A stretch of 64,000 bases of DNA. It comes from Eledone cirrhosa. Its lineage: Eukaryota. Positions 1 through 15,179 of this stretch are shown in pieces. The notes under the pieces are model-generated. The model saw only the letters and a list, made by a program, of their open reading frames with translations, was not told where the DNA came from and ran no database searches. Position 1 is the stretch's first letter. Each line of letters starts with the position of its first letter. The stretch is from NCBI GenBank assembly GCA_964016885.1, contig OZ024758.1, positions 27,094,001-27,158,000 on the forward strand, given 5' to 3'. The position numbers and the translations under genes are program-made.

Positions 1-39
1 GTTGATCTCGGCGGGATTTAAACACTCAGAATATAAGAT

Positions 40-212
40 CAGACCTGTCAACTCTCCCCCACTTTCGGGTGGGTGAGAAATGTTTTCCCTTGTGAAAATG
101 GGTATAGCTTTCATTATGTAAAATCTCCCCATTTTGCCTCATTTCTACCCATTTTGGGGCACTTTTCCTCCATGGTACTCTCCGTTTGGGTTTTTAGGGG
201 TTGGTAGGTCTG
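40..212 (-). mobile_element. hAT-like MITE (TIR CAGACCTGYCAAC) inserted into a SINE
   Basis: Ends are CAGACCTGTCAAC...GTTGGTAGGTCTG. It is a reverse-orientation relative of 60698-60892 and interrupts SINE sequence at 1-39 and 213-285. Confidence 0.7.
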
Positions 213-292
213 TAAAAAGCTGCAACAAATGTCACAAAGCATTCTTTCCGACGCTCAACCGATTCTATCAATCCGTCGCCCATGTTAGAGTA

Positions 293-488
293 ATAATTGT
301 TTCTACTTTTGGCACAAGGCCATCAATTACCCCCAGTGCATTACTGGTACTTTATTTTATCGAACCCTGTAGGGATGAAAGGTAAAGTTAACCTCGGCGG
401 GATTTGAACTCAGAACGTAAAGGGCCATAACCTTATGCTGCAAAGCATGGTGTCTGACGCTCTACCGATTCTGCCAATCCACCGCCCT
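293..488 (-). mobile_element. tRNA-derived MetaSINE-like element
   Basis: Minus strand has an A box (TGGCAGAATCGG), a B box (GAGTTCAAATCC) and a Meta-domain-like CCTTTCATCC..TCGATAAAATAAAGTACCAG, ending CCTTGTGCCAAAAGTAGAAACAATT. Many copies occur in the window. Confidence 0.85.
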
Positions 489-1139
489 AGCCAACAGCAT
501 GCAGCACTGTTATATCATGCAACTTTTCCTTCCGAAGACAAACTGTATGACTCCGAATAAAACCCCCCAGAAAAAGTACAGAATTTTATGAATCAAACTC
601 ATTAGAATGTTTTAATCATTGTGAATTTCATCACGCAATTATTTCTTTTAAAATAAAAACTAACTAATGTTTATTTTGAGACCGTCTTGGATAATTTAAA
701 TAATACTAAAAAAAAAAGAAAAATGAGAAAAACAGAAAAACTAAACTCTTACAAACGACTCTATTTATTTTTTGAGGTTTAAGTAAAAAACTAAACATCT
801 TATAATAGGTTTATCTTGGTATTATCTTGGATTTCTAGTCATAGAAAACATATTTATCCTATTCTCTTTCTTAGCTTTTCCTTTCATTCATTTTTGTTCA
901 CTACTCATTTTATAATTCATTTGGCTTCTTTCTTTTTCTCTATCTCTCTATTACTTTCCCTTGTTTTCTGTTGTGTGTTATGTTTTTAATCTCTCATTTT
1001 ATTTTTACTTTCTCTTCCACCTACTCCACCTCCTTCTTCTCGTCATATGTCAAGCGTGCATTGCCTACAGGGAAGTAATTATGGATGATAGAAGGATTAC
1101 ACCTTTTACTATACACACACATATGTATATACGAGATGT

Positions 1140-2909
<1,770 letters not shown>

Positions 2910-2915
<6 letters not shown>

Positions 2916-3607
2916 ATATAAAGACGAAGTTTTCTGTATGTGTGTGTGGACAATTTTTAATGAGGGCTCATATATTCTAAACCATTCTTCTTGCGATTTC
3001 TTTGAAATTTTTTACAGAGCTTCTCCTTGCACAAAACCTGTACATGATCTACAAAGGCTTTCAAAAATCGATATTGGTGCCTTTTGAGACATTAAAAAAT
3101 TTCGGTTATTTGTGTGAATTTTCGTGATTAAGTAAGACAAGAGTTATCTTTCGTAATTCGGCTCATTCGGATTTTAATTTACTCTTTGTACTTGAAACAA
3201 AAGGTACGCTTCCTTGAGACTAACAATATCATTTTGTATATTTCACAACCAGCAATTTCTAACAGATTACTAACAGATTACTAAGTTAAGTTATAGATTT
3301 GACATTGTATAATTTATAGTTTCAAGCTTGATGTTCATACATTAAGTGATGTCATAACTTTTACAATATTATGCTTTGTACATAATAGTGTCTATTATTC
3401 GCTTCACTTCTCTATTTAATGATGCGCTTTTACTGTTGTAAAAAAAGACACCGAGCTCACATATTAATTATTTCGCTGGAAAAGTGTCTAAGGTTTCATG
3501 TTTACATAAAGTACGTTTTTCTTCTATGTATTCAAATTTACTTTGCTTAGTTTAATGAGCTACATCGAAAGCTACTTGAACCGTCCAAAGGACGGGTAGT
3601 TTAGCTA
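2910..3607 (+). mobile_element. Non-autonomous Helitron-like element
   Basis: Starts TATATATAAAGACGAAG..CTGTATGTGTGTG. Ends with hairpin CCGTCC-AAA-GGACGG (3581-3595), then CTAG (3604-3607) followed by T. Confidence 0.65.
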
Positions 3608-3621
3608 GTATATATATCTAG

Positions 3622-3652
<31 letters not shown>

Positions 3653-3658
3653 TATATA

Positions 3659-3805
3659 TAGAAGTGGTTACACAACAGTTATTTCACCATACCGAGAACA
3701 ATTGTTCTCGGTATGGTGAACTAATTGTTGTGTAACCACTTCTACCTAACTCGTCCTATGGACTGAGTGCTCTACCACTACGGATATTACCTTCCAGTGT
3801 ACTAC

Positions 3806-3809
<4 letters not shown>
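3659..3809 (+). mobile_element. Penelope-like pLTR fragment: fold-back palindrome plus tail
   Basis: Near-perfect palindrome 3659-3744 centred on GAACAATTGTTC. The arms carry a GAAAT-AACT-GTT-like ribozyme 3' half and the tail has GAGTGCT (3765). Flanked by (TA)n. Confidence 0.55.
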
Positions 3810-3846
<37 letters not shown>

Positions 3847-3933
3847 GGAAAAATTTGAACAGGGACAAAACAGAGAGGCAGTACAACGAATGTTTATTAA
3901 TTTCACGCTCTGGAGAGTGGGGTGTTGGTGGGG

Positions 3934-3968
3934 GACGACGTTTCGGGCATAAGCCCTTCCTCAGGTGA
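3934..3968 (-). ncRNA. Minimal hammerhead ribozyme core (weak stem I)
   Basis: Minus strand reads CTGAGGA-A-GGGC-TTAT-GCCC-GAAAC-GTC with AATAAA downstream. The island lies between (TA)n tracts. Confidence 0.6.
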
Positions 3969-4025
3969 GAAGTGTGTGGGAACAGAGTTCTATATATATA
4001 TATATATGTATATACATGTATATAC

Positions 4026-4071
<46 letters not shown>

Positions 4072-4075
4072 ATAC

Positions 4076-4118
<43 letters not shown>

Positions 4119-4307
4119 GTAAAATAAGAAAATTAAAAAAAAAATTTTTTTAAATTAACTTACTAAAATTATATATATATATATATATGTGTGTGAGTGT
4201 GTGTGTAGTATGTATACGTATATATATATATATATGTATGTATATAATATATGTATTTATATATGTATGTAGTATATATTATATCTATATATATATATAT
4301 ATATATA

Positions 4308-5235
4308 GGGGAATTCTTTGATGCCACAGAACTCCACGAAGAAATGGCGACCATCAGCCACATAGATATAACGGAGGAAGATGTAATATCAGCCATAGAA
4401 GAAATGAAAGCAAACTCAGCTGATGGGCCTGATAGATTCCCAGCAATCCTAAAACATGCAAGCGTGCCTTAGCAAGACCACTGAAGATCCTCTTCCGAAG
4501 TTCTCTGAGCTAAAAGCAGGTGTAATATGCCCTATCCATAAGGGAGGATGCAGAGGCTAAAAATTACAGGCCAGTCTCCCTCACATATCAGTAAGTTCAT
4601 GGAGCAAATCATCAGAAAGAAACTGATCACGTTCCTCGAGGAAAATGATCGCTTAACTAACACTCAGCATGGCTTTCGCCAGGGAAGAAGCTGCCTTACA
4701 CAGCTTTTACAACACCACCACTGGGCCCTGAAACAACTGCTGGGCAGCTCAAATGTGGACGTGATATATCTTGACTTTACGAAGGCCTTTGACAAAGTCG
4801 ACTGTCGAATCATATGTTACAAACTACACAGATTCAACATAACTGGAAAAGTAGGTGAGTGGCTGCATGACTTCTTAAAACACAGAAGCCACTATTGCAA
4901 CCAACGGGGCCCTCTCAAAGGAAACAGCAATAACAAGCGGGGAGCCCCAGGGCATGGTCTTAGGACCACTACTGTTTGTGGTGGCTCTTTCAGACATGCA
5001 CAGGCAGTCAAGAACCCAACTGATGCTACTCTTTTACAAGATCTGGATGCCATGTAGAAATGGGCTGAGGACAACAACATACAACTTAATGTTGGAAAAT
5101 TTCAAACCCTACGATATCAACCTGCTAACGCAAGGAAAGTGCAACAAAGCTACACCAGACCAGAAGGGATCAAAATCCCCTTGTCGAAATCGATACAAGA
5201 CCTGGGTATAGACATGAGCGACGATTTATGTATCT
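4308..5235 (+). pseudogene. Decayed CR1/L2-type LINE reverse transcriptase fragment
   Basis: Frameshifted motifs ADGPD, NYRPVSL, QHGFRQGRSCLTQLL, DVIYLDFTKAFDKV, PQGMVLGPLLF, LQDLDAM and QDLGI. Confidence 0.9.
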
Positions 5236-6058
5236 GCTATGTTAGAGTGAAACTTCAATTTCTAATTTTGTTTATATATATATATATATATATAAATATA
5301 AATATATATATATATAAATATATAAATATATATATATTATATATATATATATAATATTTAACTCTGTCCACTCACCACCAACAGAATCTTACACCAAAGA
5401 TGATTGAATTGTGTCAGGTTGAATGCTTTTCATATTATTGCAGCATGGTTAACTACACAAAATGAAACGTTCTATCCAGTGGTGAACCACTAACTTCAAT
5501 CAATGTGTGTGTGTGTGTGTGTTTATTGATGTTAGAAGTCCTGTTGTTATTGTTACACTCTTCCAAAATCTTTTTTAATGTAGTATAAGTTGTTGTTGTT
5601 CTTGTTGCCACTATTGTTTTCTCCTTGGTAACGTTATTACTTTTTTTGTATTTTTCAAAATCATGTCCTCTTTGAACTGAAAGGTAAATTTAAATATTTC
5701 AGAGAATGGGCGAACATTCCCTAGGAGTTTAGAGTTGAAAATCTATAAGATCCTTTACCAACTCCCTGACATATCTTTCGTGCTGTGTTTACTAAATATG
5801 CTTTTCTGACGATCATTAATTGTGTTTTCGTCCAAAACACAATATTTTTCTGACAGCCCCCAAACAAATTAAGCTACTGTCCTTAAGAATTTTTTCAGAA
5901 ATTTCATTGAAATGACAAATAATCAATATATTCCTCATTTGTAGTTTCTACAGCATTTCATCAGTTCAACGGAGATCATTTGTTTCGGTAGATAAAACGA
6001 TAAAGGTATTCGAAAGAAAAGAAAATGTTGAAACTGAATATAAGGGTAAGCTGACACT

Positions 6059-6487
6059 CGTATGTGTAAGCTGAAAAGTTCAAAGGCTGACTATGAAGGA
6101 CTGACGCTAGAGCTGTGAAATCTTGCATGTATTAATTTCAACACTTATTAATAAATGTATTGTTTCTTTCTAGGGATTATGTTGAAAAATAAACCTCATT
6201 CGGTCATTCCGTGAGAGAATCTTGGTCAGCCTATAAACTTTTCAGCCAATACTCGTAGGTGCGTGTGTGTATATATGTAGGGGAGGCTGAAAAGTGTGTA
6301 TATATGTAGGGTAGGCTGAAAAGTTCATAGGCTGACTATTAAGGGGTGATGCTAGAGCTGTGAAATCTCGCATGTATTAATTTCAACTTTTGTCTCTTTC
6401 TAGGGACTATGTTGAAAAATAAACCTAATTTAGTCATTCCGTGAGAGTATCTTGGTCAGCCTATTAACTTTTCAGTCGATCCTCGTA
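6059..6487. mobile_element. Two tandem mariner-like MITE copies
   Basis: TIRs GGCTGAAAAGTTCATAGGCTGAC / GTCAGCCTATRAACTTTTCAGYC..CTCGTA with TA ends. Same family as 55378-55480 and 60657-61058. Confidence 0.7.
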
Positions 6488-6493
6488 AATAGC

Positions 6494-6672
6494 TGTTTCT
6501 ACTTTTGGCACAAGGCCAGCAATCACCCAGTGCATCACTGGTACTTTATTTTATCGACCCCCGTAAGGATGAAAGGCAAAGTTAACCTCGGCGGCATTTG
6601 AACTCAGAATGGCGAGGGCCGTAACTCTATGTATCAAAGCATGGCGTCCGACCCTCTACCGATACTGTCAAT
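6494..6672 (-). mobile_element. MetaSINE-like element
   Basis: Matches the 293-488 family. Confidence 0.85.
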
Positions 6673-7074
6673 TCAGTGTCAGTGAAATAGATTTGTATTT
6701 ATAAGCGAATACTTTTAAAAGCGACTTTTTGAAATCATGGCGTGTTTGTAAGAAAATGTTTTTAGTAGTAATATAGACGTAATATAGAGTAATATATAGA
6801 GTAATATATAGAGTAATATAGAGTAATATATAGAGTAATATATAGTTTTTAGTAGTAATATAGACGTTGTTTTCATATTTGCATGCTACCTAATCTTTTC
6901 CCCTCTTAATTTTAGCCGGACTACTTTCTATTCAAGTATGTACAACATATACTATATTTTATGTTACAGATGTTTTAAGTCATTATGTCGCGGCACACTT
7001 GTGTACCCAATATGGACAAGATAGAGTAGAAGTTTAAGACCAGAAAGATGAGGAGGCACAAGAAAGAACAGATA

Positions 7075-7117
7075 GTCATTGAGGAGGTCACAGAATGTTT
7101 AACGAAAGATCTTTGAT
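7075..7117 (+). ncRNA. Decayed hammerhead ribozyme, PLE family A
   Basis: GTCA-TTGAGGA-G-GTCAC..AAC-GAAAG-AT-CTT-TGAT, with palindromic AAAGATCTTT in stem III. Homologous to 15858, 17209, 19725 and 21480. Confidence 0.55.
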
Positions 7118-7546
7118 GAACGGATGTATAATGAGCAATAAAGAAAAAGTGAAAACCCCATATGGTGTGTGTGTTTCTTTTTATTGGCAATACTGGCAAA
7201 ATAAGCATCCCCAAGTATAACAATATCAGTTTCAACACACGATTTCACATCAAGAGTCTTACAGGACAAATACATAAACGTATATATATATATATATATG
7301 AGATCATGGCATTGGTTAGGCGGAAGAGCGTGGCCACTGTTGTCACTGAAATGCGTATCACAGCCTTATCAATAAAGGACTTTAACAAGTTTATCTCGGC
7401 TACAATGGGGGGGGGGGGGTAACCACAGTAAGGTACTCAATACAAAGCAGAGTATAAATATTTAATATAGAAAGACTTCTACAGGACTAAAACTGTTAAT
7501 TTCTCCCGAATGAAACAGTTCTAGTCCTGTAGAAGCCTTTCCATAT

Positions 7547-7598
<52 letters not shown>

Positions 7599-7642
7599 AA
7601 AATGCGAAGTAGTCACAGATGTTAAAGTCCTTTATTGATAAG

Positions 7643-7717
7643 GCTGTGATACGCATTTCAGTGACAACAGTGGCCACGCTCTTCCGCCTAACCAGTGCCA
7701 TGATCTCATCAGACAGC
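7643..7717 (-). ncRNA. Type I hammerhead ribozyme with extended stem II
   Basis: Minus strand reads GCTGT-CTGATGA-[46 nt]-GAAAT-GCGT-ATC-ACAGC, a perfect 5-bp stem I, then AATAAA. An inverted copy at 7298-7388 is truncated inside CTGATGA. Confidence 0.72.
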
Positions 7718-7813
7718 TTCTTACATAATAAGGTTAAGTTCTCCAGTCAATCCAAATTAGAACGACAGGGGAACGGACAAAGATGATGTTCTTGAAGCCT
7801 TCGCTCGTTCCCT

Positions 7814-7860
<47 letters not shown>

Positions 7861-7982
7861 CAAAATGTTTAACCCCGACGGCAGAGCTCAAGCCGTTTCG
7901 ACGGCTATTCTTGGTGCGTCCATCTGGTTCCTTACCACACCTCCTTCGTTATATATATATATAAATAAAAGGTATAGAAAAC

Positions 7983-8017
<35 letters not shown>

Positions 8018-8704
8018 TATATATATATATATACATACAAGAAAAAATATTCTTTGTTGTTTTTTTTCCCCTTTCGCATGCCCTGAGGCAGCCCATCGCG
8101 CCTGTTTAGTCTCAGTACCCCACCCCAGTAACTTACAGATAGCATTCACCGATTACGCTATACTAACTAATCATATCAGCTGTGTTAGACCCCAGAGATG
8201 TGGTATTAATTTTTAATACCCAATTCTAAATTTTCAATAATTCTCATCTAGCAACCCAATCTATAACATTGGCCGAAAAAGCAGTACCAACTAAATATAG
8301 CAGCTGTGTTAGACTCCTTAGTTTTTGTTTTATTCCACTTCTCACTTTCCAATCTTACAATCTGATATATGTCTCCCGTTTTTTTTTTATTATATTCTTT
8401 TTTATTATATTTTTTATTGTCCCCTAATCTCATTTGATTTACCAATTCTATAACGTCCCTCCTCCACTTTCTAAAGAAACCTTTTTTCGCCAACCTCCTC
8501 TGGCCTACTTTCATACACATTCCTTAGAATTTGCCGTGTAGATTTCACCTTCAACGCTTGACCGGCTCTACCCACTCCCCTATCGTTCTACAGGCAAGTT
8601 CAGCCATCCCCACCCCGCACCAACTGCCATAATAGACTTTTCTGTGTCTGCTACAAATTTTGACCAATCCTATTGACAACTACAATCTTCCCATATAAGG
8701 AAGT

Positions 8705-8802
8705 ACCCCTTGAAAAGTTCGGCTATTTATTTACCAGACTGAAAAAACTCTTACTATAGTCCAGAAATAGCCGTTGAACGGCTTGAGCTCTGCCGTCGGG
8801 GT
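8705..8802 (+). ncRNA. Decayed hammerhead ribozyme with full stem III, PLE family B
   Basis: ACCCC-TTGAAAA-GTTCGGCTATTT...AAATAGCCGTT-GAAC-GGC-TTGAGCTCT-GCC-GTC-GGGGT. Other copies (7873, 21036, 21781, 45626) keep GAAAC in at least one arm. Confidence 0.6.
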
Positions 8803-8875
8803 CATACTTTCTCCTATTACCCACTCTACTACCCTAAGTATTGACACATACCAGAGTAACGAAAAAAACTAACAG

Positions 8876-8925
<50 letters not shown>

Positions 8926-9199
8926 CAAGGTTTAGCAAATAAGGAAAAAGTTTCAAAATTAATTTTAAAAAATTAACTTTACTTACTATAGTTACCTTTA
9001 CCGAGTCGGTTTCGAATCTCAAAAATAAACGGAGTCCATACGGCCTTCGTTGCAAAGAAAGATTCTCGTCAGAAGCTTCTTTTCATTCGAAGAATATAAC
9101 ATTCTTGAATTTAAATTACGAACTAGCGCTATCCAAAACTGTTCCCGAGATGAGAGTAAATGAAGTGGAATCAATTTTTTCAAGGGCCGAGTGTAAAGA

Positions 9200-9248
9200 T
9201 ATATATATATATATACATATATATATACATATATATACACATGTATAT

Positions 9249-9317
<69 letters not shown>

Positions 9318-9336
9318 TATATACATATATATACAC

Positions 9337-9391
<55 letters not shown>

Positions 9392-9398
9392 TATACAC

Positions 9399-9459
<61 letters not shown>

Positions 9460-9466
9460 TATACAC

Positions 9467-9560
<94 letters not shown>
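9200..9560. repeat. (TA)n/(CATA)n/(GA)n microsatellite
   Basis: Direct inspection. Confidence 0.95.
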
Positions 9561-9561
<1 letters not shown>

Positions 9562-9677
9562 TATTTGATATATCTCATATGAAATGATACAGCCAATTTT
9601 CCACACAACTCAAGTATTTCCTAATGTTTGTTGAGTGAGCTGGAATTTGGCCGGAGTATCGCTTTTAGCATTCTCCG

Positions 9678-9711
<34 letters not shown>

Positions 9712-9791
9712 CTATCCGGGAGCTTTCAACAGAAATGGTTGCATTTTTTAAGGGTATGTCAATATTTATTTATAAAACTGATCTATATTAT

Positions 9792-9854
9792 ATTTTATCT
9801 GATGAAAGCACACCATAATTTAACTTGGTGTCTTTGAAATATGTATAATGAAAT
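9792..9854 (+). ncRNA. Type I hammerhead ribozyme, PLE family C
   Basis: ATTTTAT-CTGATGA-AAGCACACCA..TGGTGTCTTT-GAAAT-ATGT-ATA-ATGAAAT. Stem I is 7 bp with one GU, and AATAAA follows. Confidence 0.72.
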
Positions 9855-10120
9855 AAATATGGTTTTATAAATATAGTTTCCATTTGTTAATATCGTATAT
9901 ATATATATATATATATATATATACAAATATACATATATATATATACATACACATATATATATATACATACACATATATATATATACATACACATATATAT
10001 ATACACACACATATATATATATACACACACATATATATATATATACACACACATATATATATACACACACACATATATATACACACACACACATATATAT
10101 ATACACACACACATATATAT

Positions 10121-10163
<43 letters not shown>

Positions 10164-10618
10164 TATTAAAAACTCCAGGAAAATTAACTGTTGAGTGCTT
10201 TTAATCTATTGTAAAACTGCATTCATTGAGTAATCAATGAACCATATTAATCTTTGGTTATATATATATATATACACATATATATATATAACCAAAGATT
10301 AATATGGTTCACATATATATATATATATATACACACATATATATATACTATTTAATTTATTTTGATCAGCTAAGTGTAGAGCTGGTGGTTCCGGTAGGGA
10401 AATCATGATGCAACGAAGTAATAAATCACTCGACATTACGGACGTCACCCATCGTAGATGTGGCATTCGTGTGTGTGTGTGTGTAGTATACTGGTGAATG
10501 TAATTCCCCACCCTGCGCTATTGACACCACACCATCCATACCTCCACCACCCCTATCATCATTATCGTCTGTTTACCCTGCTAGCAAGACATACCGTTAA
10601 TTGAACAGTAACATTGAT

Positions 10619-10809
10619 AATTGTTTCTACTTTTTGGCACAAGGCCAGCAATTACGCCAGTGTATTACTGGTACTTTATTTTATCGACCCCGCAAGGATG
10701 AAAGGCAAAGCTAACCTCGGCGGGATTTGAACTCAGACCGTAAAGGGACATAACTGTGCTGTAAAGCATGGTGTCCGACCCTCTACCGATACTGCCAATC
10801 TACCGCCCA
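10619..10809 (-). mobile_element. MetaSINE-like element
   Basis: Matches the family consensus. Confidence 0.85.
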
Positions 10810-10879
10810 TTGATAATGGTCTCTCGCTAAGGCATGGAATCTTGCTTTAAAACTTCAAATCATTTTAACCTGTGAAGGG

Positions 10880-11078
10880 CAGCGCTTTGATAGAATCATT
10901 AGAGCGTCAGTATTTAATTATTTAAGTTATATTCTGAGTTTAAATCCGGTGAGGTCAACTTTGCCGTTCATCCCACCGAGGTCGTTAAAATAAGTACCAG
11001 TAAAGTACTAAGGTTGATATAATCGCCTTCCCTTTCACCAAAAACTACTGACCTTGTGCTTAAATTTGAAACAATTAT
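10880..11078 (+). mobile_element. Diverged MetaSINE-like element (long 3' form)
   Basis: TAGAATCATTAGAGCGTC..GAGTTTAAATCC..TCATCC..GGTCGTTAAAATAAGTACCAG..CCTTGTGCTTAAATTTGAAAC. Confidence 0.75.
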
Positions 11079-12017
11079 TTAACCCGTCAACAAGATATTC
11101 TAGTGGCATTTCTGTCCAAACTGTTCTTATTGAATTTGGTTCAGATAAATATTTATCTAGTAACTTCCTTACGTTTTTGGCTTCTTTACATCCTAGATCT
11201 AACTTTTCGTCGTTAGTTCAGAAAAAAAAAATGCCACTTTGTTTCTTAATTTTATCATCATAGCATCGCTTATCACCGAGTTAATCAAATAGGTTTGATT
11301 CACATAGTGAATGAAACTCGCTAATCAGTCCGACCGTATAAACTAACGAAAAGCCGGCCCACCAATACAACCAGCCTGTCAACTAACTAAATAATCAACC
11401 AGCAAAGCCAACAAGCAGATACTGTTTAACTTTAAACAACTCCGTGGAAGACGAGACATTACCACCACCATTATTATCGTTACCAACCTCCTCGAAATAC
11501 CGCCAATCAAAGCAGCAGTTGCCATTGTCGCTTCACTACTTCTATGTCCCCTCTCCTATCTTCCCCGTTCCCAGTTCACTCCATCACTATCGTCAATGAC
11601 GCTTCCGCCAACAGTATAATATCTTTGATGCAGTGGAATCTGTTTGAAACCGATGCCATAGCGGCTTGGTTCATATTACCTATGATGTGCTGATGGTAAT
11701 CTTTTTTGAAATTTAAGCGGGTCCCTCTGCTCCTTTGACTAACGTCGAAGCGGGTGGTTCAGGCTTGCTTCTATTAGTAACCGTATACGCACGTATTAAT
11801 GCACGTGCACTGGACTTAACAATATAAAAATAAAAATAAAAATAAAATTAAAAATAAAAATAAAAATAAAAATAAAGAAGCTTTGATATGGATTGTAATA
11901 TTTAACATTGTTTAAACAACAATCCGGTAATAATATCCTCGTTACAAGTAATTTTGAACTCGACGTCCATTAGAATGCCGTCTAGTGAGCAAGGCGACTA
12001 TTCAGCCATTAATATAT

Positions 12018-12560
12018 TTGTTTCTACTTTTGGCACAAGGCCAGCAATTATCTCAGTAGTGTATTACTGGTACTTTATTTTATCGCCCCCGTAAGGATGA
12101 AAGGCAAAGTTGACCTCGGCGGGATTTGAACTCAGAATGGCAAGGGCTCGACCCTCTACCGATACTGCCAATCCACCGCCCTTATGTTTATTATAATTGT
12201 TTCTACGTTAGGCACAAGGCCAGCAATTATGCCAGTGTATTACAAGTACTTTATTTTATCGACCCCGTAAGGATGAAAGGCAAAGTTGACCTCGGCGGGA
12301 TTTGAACTCAGAATGGCAAGGGCCGTAACTCTTTGCTGCAAATCATGGCGTTCGGCCCTCTACCGATACTGCCAATCTCAGCCATTAATATATTGCTGGA
12401 CTAAATGTGAAAATACTCTAGCTTAGGAAATATATATTTGTTTGTTTCTACTTTAGGCACAAGGCCAGCAATTACCCAGTTCATTACTGGTACTTTATTT
12501 TATCGACCCCGTAAGGATGAAAGGCAAAGTCAACCTCGGCGGGATTTGAACTCAGATCGT
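12018..12560 (-). mobile_element. Cluster of three MetaSINE-like copies
   Basis: Copies at about 12018-12182, 12196-12378 and 12442-12560. Confidence 0.85.
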
Positions 12561-12726
12561 AAATATATATTGACACCCCAAACATTTTCTATATATATTA
12601 TATCAAAATATTACATGCCTATTTTTGCATACAAGTTTAACATAGATTTGTATACCAACATGCGTATATCTTTATATGTATGTGTATATATGTATGTATA
12701 TATATGTATGTGTATATGTTCACACA

Positions 12727-12995
12727 GTGGAGGCACGTGGCTTAGTGGAAAGGGTGTTGGACTTACGATCATAATGTCGTGGGTTCGAGTGTTGTGTTCT
12801 TGAGCAAAACACTTCATTTCACGTTGCTCCAGTATTCTCAGCTGAAAATGAGTACCAGCAATAGCTGGGGGGTTTAAACCTACGATGGATTGGCGTCCTG
12901 TCCAGGAGGTGAGTCTTGTACTCTCAGTCACTTCACGCCATGAAACCGGGATAAGCACCGGCCAAATGAGCCTTCTGGCTTAAGACAGACTTTAG
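12727..12995 (+). mobile_element. tRNA-derived SINE (second family)
   Basis: A box TGGCTTAGTGG, B box GGGTTCGAG, CORE-like TCTTGAGCAAAACACTT and V-SINE-like CCTACGATGGATTGGCGTCCTGTCCAGG. Confidence 0.75.
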
Positions 12996-13151
12996 ACATG
13001 TTCACATACAAATATAGATATTTGTATGTGAACATATATAATATACATACGCACACACACACATGTACATACATAACACATACATATGGATATATATACA
13101 CGTTGAAATAAAAATGTATGTTAAAGTGTGTATACAAAAATAGGTATCTAC

Positions 13152-13195
<44 letters not shown>

Positions 13196-13599
13196 GTGTG
13201 TGTGTGTGTGCTGACATATATACGTATATTTTCTTTATAGCTTTATCTTTACATACACACCGGCCGACACAGTGTTATTGGGTGTAAACACGCAACATTT
13301 AGAAGCAGTAGTATTAATATAATAGATTATCTATAAAGCACCATGAAATGAGGAATCCTAGAAAAAAAACGAACAAAAAAAACAAAAAAAACTAGGAAAC
13401 CTGGAAATAGGTTTAAACCTGTGTATATCGATATAAAGGGACAAGTACTTTTAAACACATATATTCAACAAAGCAAATGAATAAGAACAATAACAAAGAG
13501 CAAAAGAAGAACAAAAACTTAAGGTGCAAAAGAAGAACAAAATCTTAAGGAACAATCCTCAATTTCACACCACTATCGGGAATGTTGATGCAACCTTAA

Positions 13600-14068
13600 C
13601 CCTTTAGCATTTAAACCGGCCGCAACTGGCTAGAATTCTCTCACCTCTTTCTGTTCAAACCGGCTGTAACCGGCTGTAACTGGCTGCTGATACTGACGTT
13701 AAGGTAATTTTCTCAAAATGTATAATATCAAAATATCATAGATTCAACATTATGTGAGATAAAGTGTTTACCGTGAAAATACAATAGTATATACAGTCGA
13801 GTTCACTTAAGAGTATACCCTCGGGAATGGAAAAAAGTATACTCTTAACCGGACTATACTCTTATCCGGACTAAGTAAAAATATTCCATAGTATTATTAT
13901 TTTGAGTCTTTCAATGATTAAAGATCGCTTTATTATCGTTTAAAATGCATTTATAAGTAAAAAAAAATGAAAGTTACACCAAAAACTTCAACAAGAATTA
14001 TTGCAAATTATAGATAAATTAAGCAATATTTCAACATACAGGTATAGAGTAATGTAAATGCTAAGGGG
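13600..14068. mobile_element. piggyBac-like MITE with a nested pogo/Tigger-like fragment
   Basis: TTAA on both sides and TIR CCCTTTAGCATTTA / TAAATGCTAAGGGG. Relative to the copy at 28268-28474 it has an extra segment at about 13793-14042 starting TA-CAGTCGAG. Confidence 0.75.
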
Positions 14069-14574
14069 TTAAAAAATGTTGGCTTCATAGACACGAGATC
14101 TTGAAATAGGCAAATGGAAATATCTCGTTCGATTCACTGGTATTGCTTTAGTTAAACTATAAGCAAAATAATGAAAAACCTTGACAAACGAAAAAGAGAG
14201 CGATCTACCACGGCAGTTCATGTCTCGTTACCCATGTCAACGGAAGTCCGTTTTCTGCGGACCGGTTCAATAATAAGTCCATAACACTCTATATTGAACT
14301 CATTGATCACGCTTCCCTTATATAGCGGCACGAGCCAACGAAGGCACCTTAATTCTTGAGCACGTGAATCGGACAAGTGCTAAACCTAAGCATTTCTCAA
14401 AGAAACGGTATATATATAATATAATATAAAATATACATATAAATATATAATATATATATATAATATACATACATATATATAATATACATATATATATAAT
14501 AAGGGTTGACGGACCCAGCATATTAATTAATGTCAGTACCGGTGTATCTCAGCGCACTCAATGGGCAATGTAAG

Positions 14575-14711
14575 ATACATTACCAGAGTATACACATAGT
14601 TATTTGCCTCAAAACAACACACGTAAAACGGGTGCCTATATATATATATATAGGCACCCGTTTTACGTGTGTTGTATTGAGGCAAATAACTATGTGTATA
14701 CTCTGGTAATG

Positions 14712-14714
<3 letters not shown>
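14575..14714. repeat. Near-perfect palindrome centred on (TA)n
   Basis: Arms of about 62 bp around the TA tract at 14637-14652. Confidence 0.9.
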
Positions 14715-14752
<38 letters not shown>

Positions 14753-14759
<7 letters not shown>

Positions 14760-15149
14760 ATGCGCCTTGCGTTGGAGAAACACTAGGACTCTGGCTTTAC
14801 TGTAGCACTGGCTCAGAGCAGGAGAGATAAGGCGAAAAAGATATCAGATGCTGAATTTGCTTACGACATAGTTCTGGTGACAAACACAGTGAAGGAGGCA
14901 GATGATTTGATGCAGGAGGGGGAGACTATGCCGATGAGTGTGGGGCTGAGAATGAATGAGATTAAGACGAAGTATCTGGTAGAGAATATTAAGAAGCCAG
15001 AGAAGATTACTAATGCAGGCGGGAAGCCGCTAGAATTGGTTGAGGACTTCCTGTGCTTGGGAGCAAAGATTGGGAACACAAAGGATGATGTGGTTGAGAG
15101 GAAGAGCAAAGCCTGGGCGGCGTGCCACAGTTTGAGATTGGTGTGGTAG
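14753..15149 (+). pseudogene. Decayed RTE-clade LINE RT fragment
   Basis: DAEFAYDIVLV (decayed FADD), VGLRMNEIKTKY, LELVEDFLCLG and DVVERKSKAWAA..LRLVW. Confidence 0.8.
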
Positions 15150-15179
15150 TCACCTCATGTATAGCATCACATTTTGGAA

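Noticed and set aside
12727-12795. tRNA gene (also 52575-52645)
   Set aside because: A and B boxes are present but there is no complete cloverleaf, and the sequence continues into SINE body.
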